Shown here: positions 55,991 through 64,000 of the stretch, piece by piece
How the letters are laid out: every line of letters starts with the position of its first letter
Position numbering within the stretch: position 1 is the first letter of the stretch
Source of the DNA: Camelus ferus
Taxonomy: Eukaryota
Assembly (NCBI RefSeq): GCF_009834535.1
Contig: NC_045697.1
Span: forward strand, 70,062,001 to 70,126,000
Reading direction: 5' to 3'
Length of the DNA: 64,000 bases
The notes under the pieces: generated by a model
What the model was told of the DNA's origin: nothing
Seen by the model: only the letters and a program-made list of their open reading frames with translations
Databases searched by the model: none
Program-made: the position numbers and the translations under genes

Positions 55991-58900
55991 TGCGTGGTGT
56001 GCACTCACAGCCCCAGGGCCTTTCCCCACCCCCTCACCCCAACCGTGGAGCTTTTGCCCTTGTCAGTCCTCTGCCAGAGGTGACCCTCTTTCTTCAGAAC
56101 CGCTTCCCCAGACCCAGTGAGCTTCTCTGCAGGCCAGATCTCAATCAGGAGCTTCCTCAGAGACTGTCCTTGAGCTCCAGTCTGGGGCCATTGTTCTCAC
56201 CACACCCTGCTTTTTCCTACCTTTTCTTTAGGGCTCTGTTCACATAGCTTGTGTTTGACTCCCTGGGTGATCATCTGACTAGGGTTTGCTTTCCTCCGTA
56301 AGATTAGAAACACCAACAGAGCAGCAGCTGTGCCCATTTTTTTCTCACTATTGCATCCCCAGTGCGCTGCCTGGTACAGGATATGTGTTCATACTTGTGG
56401 GTCAAATGAATGGATGAATCCCTGGGGGACCCCTAGAAATGGCAGGAGGAGCCTTTGAAGAGAGCCTGAAGCCCAGCAAAGGAAAGTTGCAAGAGAGTCA
56501 GAGAAACAAGTATTACTGTTAACATGGCTTCATTTTCCCCAGGCAGCTGGATCATAACAGACAACATAAAGTTGACAACATAAAGCATTGAATAAACTGT
56601 AGAATGTACACCTGATGGAATATTACACAGCCGTTAGAAGTCATCCTTGCCATCTAAATGTCTCATTCCTGTGGCATAGTCATAAAAAGGAACATGCTAT
56701 AGTTATTCAAATTGTATTGCAGATTTATGTCTGTTAACATGTGAAAATGATCCTGATATATTATTCAGCTGAAAAAAAGCAGGTTTTAGAATGATTTGTA
56801 GAGGTTGATATTTCTTTGCTTAAAATCAGTATAAAATTATAAATATGTGCTTATGATCTGCCAGAAATGGGGAGAAACATTTCACCTTTATATGAAGTAT
56901 CTCATAACAGCCCTAAAAGATACTATTATTAGTGGAGATTTTAAAGATAAGAAAAATAAGGCTTTTAGAGGCAGAATACTTGTCTGTGGCTCAGGGATAA
57001 CTATATAAATAGTGATCTTCTCTGGTTAGTTAGGACTGTTGACTTTCTCTAGCTGCTAAATTTTCAGCTATAAACATGGGTGAATTAAATTTTGCAGTAA
57101 CACACACTTAAGTTAAAATACATGTAAATGTTTTTAATGACAAAAATATTCTTCATGCAGTGTTAATTGTCAGATAAGACAGTAAGATGAATTTTATATA
57201 AAGAGTATACTTTCAATTATGTTTTCAAAAGGCTGAGAGAACATACTGGAAGGAAATGGGTACAAATGTTATAAATGAGTCTTTTTTCTCTTTATTTAGG
57301 CACTTTCATTTCCCAGATTTCTTACAATGACCTTATATTTGCCTTTATTATTAAGCAATTTGCCAAAGGTTCCTACAGGAGAGCAGTCAGCAAGGGGATA
57401 CTTTAATTTCAGACTAAATCCCCCAAAAGTATCTGAAGCAATTTCAGCTCTCTTCCCGCAATTTCAGGTGTGCAGGAAAGAGATTTAAAATGTTTTCTGA
57501 TAATAAGATTAATTTTGATTTCAAATCTTCATTTTTCCAACAGTAGAAAATCTCGATTTTAACACATTTCACTCTCCTCTCCACCCCAGCCCACCTCTAC
57601 CTTTGCTCCGGTCTGCACCCCCATCCTGGGGATTAACCACCGTGTTTTAGTGCCTCTCAAATATCAGGGAAGAGTAACACATGTTAGTATTTTGGAAATA
57701 TTATCTTTCCTAGCATCAGTGGTGCTGAAACACTGAAACAAACAATCTGATCTGAAACCAGACCAACCTGGATTTCCTGTCCAAGCGATCAACACACTGG
57801 CCTTTGCGAGGCCGGACTACCTGTAAAATCCACCCTCCTGCAACTTAAAGGAGGCCAGGCTGTCAAGAGCGCCCTTTCCTCAGGTTGAGGATTTATTGTC
57901 AAATGGAGACAGAATCCTCTTTACCTAGAAAGGGTGGTCACGCCAGGTCATCCTGGAGGAACTAAAGGAGCACATCGGAGCCTAAGCTCGCAGCTGCTTT
58001 TGCCTGTTAAGTAGTCTTTCTGCTCTTGAGCAGGTGGCTTTGGCAGTGCCACGTGGGTCACTCTGGAAAGACAAACACATCTGATAGTTGGCTTTTACCT
58101 TCTGCATTAATTATCCTTTGACTTTACACATACATTTTAAAAAATGTATTTTTGAGTTCATATACATATATCTTTTGAGTGTGATATATATGACACTATA
58201 TGCACATATCACTAGCATTTATGTGATGCTTACTTGACAGACTGGTCTGTCAGTGTATTTTCAGTGCCTACCTAGCCCGTTGCTTCGCTCGTACAGGACA
58301 CTCAGTATCTCTTTGTTGTATCGATGATAGATAAAGTGAATGGTAAATGAATTCACCTTTTCATAAAAGATGAATATCCACAGATGTTATACACATAGCT
58401 GTGACACCATTCGAATGCATTTTATCCATAAAACAACACATAGGGAGTCTTAGGGAGAAGAGTGTAACCAGCTCCTTTTCCCAGACCCCCAGAGTTGGAG
58501 CAGAGTTATCTGGCTGCAGGGATCCATCTGGAGTAGAAAATACTCAGAGATGTGCCATGCTGAGTGTGGGGGGCAGGGAGTTCCTTGCTTCATCCTTGGG
58601 CGTTCCAGGTTCAGGCCAGAGCGGCACTTCTGAGTGGAGGCACACCAGGGGACCCATGGAGAGCCTCCAGCTTGGCTTCACTCACGACTCAGGAAAGCTT
58701 CAGGCAGAACAGCATCCTTGGGTACCCAGGACCAGCCAGGGATGCACTGGTGGTGGCTCCTCATAGTGGCTGTCGACTGTTAGCCTATAGTCTTCCGAAC
58801 CTGGGATTGGAGTCAGCCAAGAATCCAATGGCAGATACAGATCTCATCATGAGTTTGGGAATTTGGAACTTGGTGCGTGTGGACACCCTCTGTTTCCATT

Positions 58901-61900
58901 ATCATTGTCACGATCATTAACTTTGCAATTACATTGATTTGAACACCTACACCCCAGGCACTATGCCAAGTACTTTATTTCTAATCATTGCAATCTCTCT
59001 GGAAGGTTTTATTATCTCCATGTTACAAAGGAGAAAATGAGCCGCAGGTCCTGTCTGATCTTCAGCAGATCGCACGCCTTTGTCTTCAGCTGCAATCAGT
59101 TTGGTTCATACCGTAATGTTCCCTGAGAAGAAAATCCAAATGCTAAACCAAGGTAGGTCATATTTCTGGTAGAACAAAGGATTATTCTGATTGTATTGCC
59201 AAGAAGCTATTATCTGTTGAAGCAGAAATAAGAGGGCTACTTGTGTAATTTACCACTAGAAGGCATCCCTTAACCAATTGCATGCTGCACATTTCCTTCG
59301 ATTATTACAGGGCTGCACACAAGCTCAGGGTGGCCCTTTGACATGAATACTCATCACAGCAACAGTGAAAGACACAGAGCCATTGTGACTGGCCAGCTGG
59401 CTCTGTTGACTCAGCAGAACACAGATCCTCTAATCCATCTTAAGAAGACAATGTAGCAGCACAAAATATTCTTTGAGTAGAACAATTGCAAAAATGTAAG
59501 CAGCCATAGAAATAGGTTTTCTAATAGAAAATAAGTCTGAGACGTATAGAGTATGGGTGAATGAAAGCCTTGCATACTTGATGAGGTACAATGTCTAAGT
59601 GACGCCAACACTGTGCCGCAGAGCCAATCTATTCTAAAATGATGTCTTTCTTTCCCTGAGTCATTCCTTTTGCTGTTGTAAAACAGCAGTGGGGGTGGTA
59701 CAGGATTCTAGAAAATGATGAGTCAGTTTCCTCAGGGGTGAGTTACCCGGCAGGACCTGGGGCAGTGAGTGGAGCTGTTTACATGAGTCTGGTCCTCATT
59801 AAGTGCCTCTCTTCTGCAGATGAGCTAAAATTTAAAGGCCTTTTTCAGAGAGGAAATAGGGACGTTAGTGGGAGACCCAGATAAGAATGGATTCTTTCAA
59901 AAGAAAAGACAGAGATACTGCTTGTCATAGCTAGAAGTAACTAGTAAAGATGTGAAATGGAGAGAGATGGGATCAGTCATTAAAGGCAGATAGATAATAG
60001 TATCAGACCCTGATGCAAACTGGGAGTAGTAGATAAGGAAAATGAGCTTATTTTGAGGTTGAAATGAACCTTAGCATCTCAATATCTAGTGAATACGTGT
60101 CAAGTAAATCATACAGGTTGGAAAGCAGTGGATGAGGGCTTAAGGCGGAACTAGGGTCCCAATGTCACAGAGCCCTCCACAAACAAAGTTAATGAAGTGG
60201 AGATGGCTCAGGACAGAAAGCCTGAAGACACACAGACACACTGAGCAACATCTTCCTCCCCAAAAGCCAGTGAAGGGCAGACCTGAGGACGTAGTGATTG
60301 AGCGACCTGGGACCCAGACCTGGAGGTGCTATTTGGAATCACCTTTGGGTGAGACTGTCACTGTATTTTTAATGGTGCTCATCCAAATTTACTTAATTTC
60401 CTGTGGTAAACAGACAGAATGGGAGCAATGACAGAAAGCCAGAGTGGAGTATTTAGTGAAGACACATGTGAGTAGGGTTAGTCAGATTAAGGGAAGAAAT
60501 CTCTGCTTTCTGTGTCTGCCAATTCTATGCTAGAGTCAAAGACGAACCTTGCCTCAGATGAACTAAAAGAAGTGATTTCCCTGACTGGGTGACGGTGAGG
60601 GTGGGGTGAGGGAGTGACACGTGCTGAGGATGCCATGTGCATAGGACAGTGGCCGTCCTAGCTAGGAGACTGGAGAGAGGGGGTGGCGTAGCAACGGGAA
60701 AGGTGGCATACAGGAGGGAAAGAATCAGGACAGCTCGAGGATGTGTACCCTCGTCCAATCTGAAATTTTCCCTTCGATATGTTGATGTATTTGATCTGGT
60801 CATTCAACAGCTGGTGGGAAGTTTAAAGCTCTCAGAGGTTATCAGAGGTTCCTTTGACCATCACTCACCAACGATGAAAAGGGAATTTAAGCAACAGCTT
60901 TGTGAACACAGCAGAGGCCCACAATAATACTCTGCTTAACCCCACAGCAAGACTCAGAAAAGATGTGTGGGTTTCATGTATGACAGAAATGTTGAACAGA
61001 ACAATGTCTCACCCAGAAAGGTGAAGGGTGCTTAACAGGAAAGGCAAGGCCCTTTTTACTGCCCCAGGCCTCCGAGGACCTCTTTCCTGGGGCAGTTTTC
61101 TAAACCCAATCTCTGGATTTTGACTTTTCAAAATGAAATCCTCTGCCCCCAACTCCCAGTCATTCCCTCCCCCTTTGTCACTTCCTGAGCCCGTTCGCCT
61201 CGCCACAGTTCCCCCAGGCACATGCTCCTTAACTGCCCTGTGCTCCTGAGTGCGGGAGCGGCCTCGGTTCTCACCGCTCAGGGCCTCAGCCTGGCCTTTG
61301 TTCCTCCACATGCTTGGTCTGGGTCTGTCTTGAGTAAACTCACACCACCAATCGCTTTCAGAAATGAGTGGCTGATGACTGTTCTCCACACTTATGGCAC
61401 CGCGACAGTCGCGGAGGGGATGAGCACCCCACACTGGATGACCTTATCTCTGGTCACAGAGGACCTCTAGGCTGCTTAAGTTACTTTCCTTCAGGTTTGA
61501 GTAGATCTGGGGACAAGTGAATCATATCCAAGAAATAGGAATTTGTATACCAGATTGCTAGTTACCATCTCATTGTGAGAAATACGACTGGTAAGAAGAT
61601 GAAACCAGTTGACTTGCAAGTTGTATCTCCTATAATAAAAAAACACCCACCTGGAAAAATGAGCAGTCATTTGTTCAATATATAGACCCAAAAATTAAGA
61701 GAACCTGGATGGCTTTTAAGGGCTACTCTGAGATTCAGACAGAACCCAGTGAATCTCCTTTGCCTCTAGAACCCATCGCTCTGGTAATCTGGACTAGTCA
61801 GGTGCTGGACTAGTTCTTCTTGTCCCCACGGACAATGAAGATTAGATCCTGAAACTGCTGCTTTTGAGCCTAGTAATCTTTTAATATTGAAATTATGTTT

Positions 61901-62964
61901 CCCTGAGCATTCATCTACTGATGAATCTTTAGTAAAGTAATTTGGGGGATTTAGACATAACAATTTTGCTTTGAAAATCAAGGTATCTATACAAGATAAA
62001 AAAAATCCTACAGTATCTGAAAGATACAAGGTGTTCGGTAAATATGAGAAATAAATGATGAAAGGATGAATACAAGCAATTCAAAATTAACCAAACATTT
62101 TTGAAGAACTTCATAAAAAATGAATTCAAGAGTAGCCATTCTTTGTTTCAAATTCTTTTGAGAAGAAAACAGTGTACAGAACCATACATGAATAGTAATT
62201 TATAAATCATTTATGGAAATGCTTCATATGCAAGGGACCATTCAGTACGAGGGGAGAATACCACGCTGTTCCCTTAGAATCTAATTTGCAAGACTTTCTG
62301 TTCAGGAAAGCCAAGTAGTAACATGGCAGAAATAAAAATCCACCAAATCAAAGCTTCTCTTTCTTTCAGTTATAAAGGGAAAAATAGCTCTTGGGAACAA
62401 GAAAAGCAGGAGATGACATAGGGTGCCCTGCTAGGCGTGCTTCACATGTTCAAATATAAATCCTGTATCTTTTCAGTAAGGATCAAGTATCACTTTCAGA
62501 CATGACTCTTGTTAATATTATTGCTATTGGCCAGCTTTATGGTACACTTTAAGTGAAGCCATAACCACAGACCCTTTGGAATGAAACAATCCTTTATACA
62601 CAAGTTGTATCATGTGATGATGTTACTGTGAGTACAGCTAATTGTCCAAGGGCAGGCCTTTGAGCCAAAGGCTATCTCCTATAGTCTGGTCAGCAGTTTA
62701 TGAGTTGGCTGGAGCCATAACGCTGCATAATAAAGATGCTCCCTGGGCACTTAGTGCACATGGCAGTCAGATGCTCTCTCACTCAGGGAGTTTATCTCAA
62801 AGAGAGATGGAAAAGAAGGGAAACTGAAAGATGCAAAAATAAGGCAGGAAACAGAAACCTGAGACTGCAAGGTGATAGAGGCCGTTTTCAGGGGCAGCGT
62901 GGAGGTAAGAGCAGCAGAGGCAGAGTAACCAGATGGTGGAGCCTGGACACAGCCAAAGATGTGT

Positions 62965-63650
62965 CCGGTTGATAGAGTGTGGACGTAAACAAGGGCCAAC
63001 CAAATGAGAACAAGCAAAGGCGATTTATTCCGAGCTTGCTTTGCAAGGGGGTCTGCCACTGTCACCTGCATTTTAACAGAGACTCAATGGCAGGCAGAGG
63101 AGTGGGAAAGCGTTGTAGTGGAAAAGAGGGAAGGCTTCAGGTGTGCCCCGATCGGAGGCTGTTGGCGTGGGGAAGCTGTAGGCAGGCTGACTAGAAGTGG
63201 GACATCCTGTGTGATTAGGGACGCCTATTTGGCTTTTTCTAATTAGCTCCAAGGAAACAGGGACAAAAATTAGGGAAGCTGCCAGTTATTAATGAAGTCC
63301 TGGCCATGCTGGGCTGATTGTCACAGAAGTTACTGTTTGGCTTCCTAGACTGTCACTAGAGACAGTAGTCAGGCTTCCCTTACAGCAGGTGGGCTTCCTG
63401 GGTTGTTTATTGCAGAAAACAGGTTGGTTTCCTGGGCAAGTTGCTGTAGGTTGTGGGCCAAAGGTCTATTTTTATATATGGTCTGACCATTGTCCATCTG
63501 TATATTCAGTCTCTCAGGAGTCTTTAGCAGTTGTGTCTGAACTGGTAACCCAGTTCTCCATAGGACCTGACTCTGTGGTCGTTGAGACAGTTGCCTATAT
63601 TTCCTGCTTCTAAAATGGTCTCTGTTTCCAAAACTGGAACTGTCACAACA
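62965..63650 (-). mobile_element. ERV-type solo LTR, family not determined
   Basis: About 690 bp with an LTR-like layout: a minus-strand AATAAA near one end (gatttattcc) and repeated gggcttcctgggttgtttattgcag / ggtttcctgggcaagttgctgtagg blocks typical of ERV1 U3 regions. Confidence 0.6.
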
Positions 63651-64000
63651 CAAAATCTCTCATATCCTGGGAAAGCCCTCAGTTCCAGGCAAACCAGGGT
63701 GGTCTGTCACCCTCCCTGTATATATCCTTCCAATAGCCCTAATTAATTAAGTCAAGTAAGAAAAGTACTGACGGGTTTGAAGATCTCCTCATGTTCAATA
63801 TTCTCTATCCCTTGAAAAATGGAACAGCCTAGATAACGCAAGGCAAAATGAGATCCTCATTTTGAATAATCAGAGTAGTGAAAAGGACATTTGTCAAATA
63901 TCATTTGCATATGAAAGCAACAGAATGCTGCCCTGGGAATTAGGAGTCTGCGTTTGCTGCCGACCAGCTCTGTGACCTTGGTAAATTGCAGAAGAGCATA

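Overview
This is mammalian genomic DNA, most likely from a camelid, judging by four tRNA-Ala-derived SINEs of the Vic-1 type. Two genes converge tail to tail. On the + strand are the last two coding exons and 3' end of MTTP (174-344 and 1847-2018). On the - strand is an apparently complete C4orf54 orthologue (DUF4585 family). My inferred C4orf54 model has a short non-coding exon ending at 32390, a 5.5-kb exon (29680-24206) holding the whole ORF, a 7.5-kb intron starting 34 nt after the stop codon, and a ~4.7-kb UTR-only last exon (16738 to ~12070). The rest (33-64 kb) is intergenic and rich in L1, L2, MIR, MaLR, ERV and DNA-transposon relics, with some muscle-type motif clusters. The most interesting observations are: (1) a 1-nt frameshift that uncouples the human-type C4orf54 N-terminus from the long ORF, pointing to a downstream true start and an overlapping uORF; (2) PxIxIT and LxVP calcineurin-docking motifs in C4orf54; (3) a 73-nt element duplicated inside the long 3'UTR; (4) unusual retrotransposition products. 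Gene and repeat names come from recognising the sequence, not from database searches, and the edges of old repeats are approximate.
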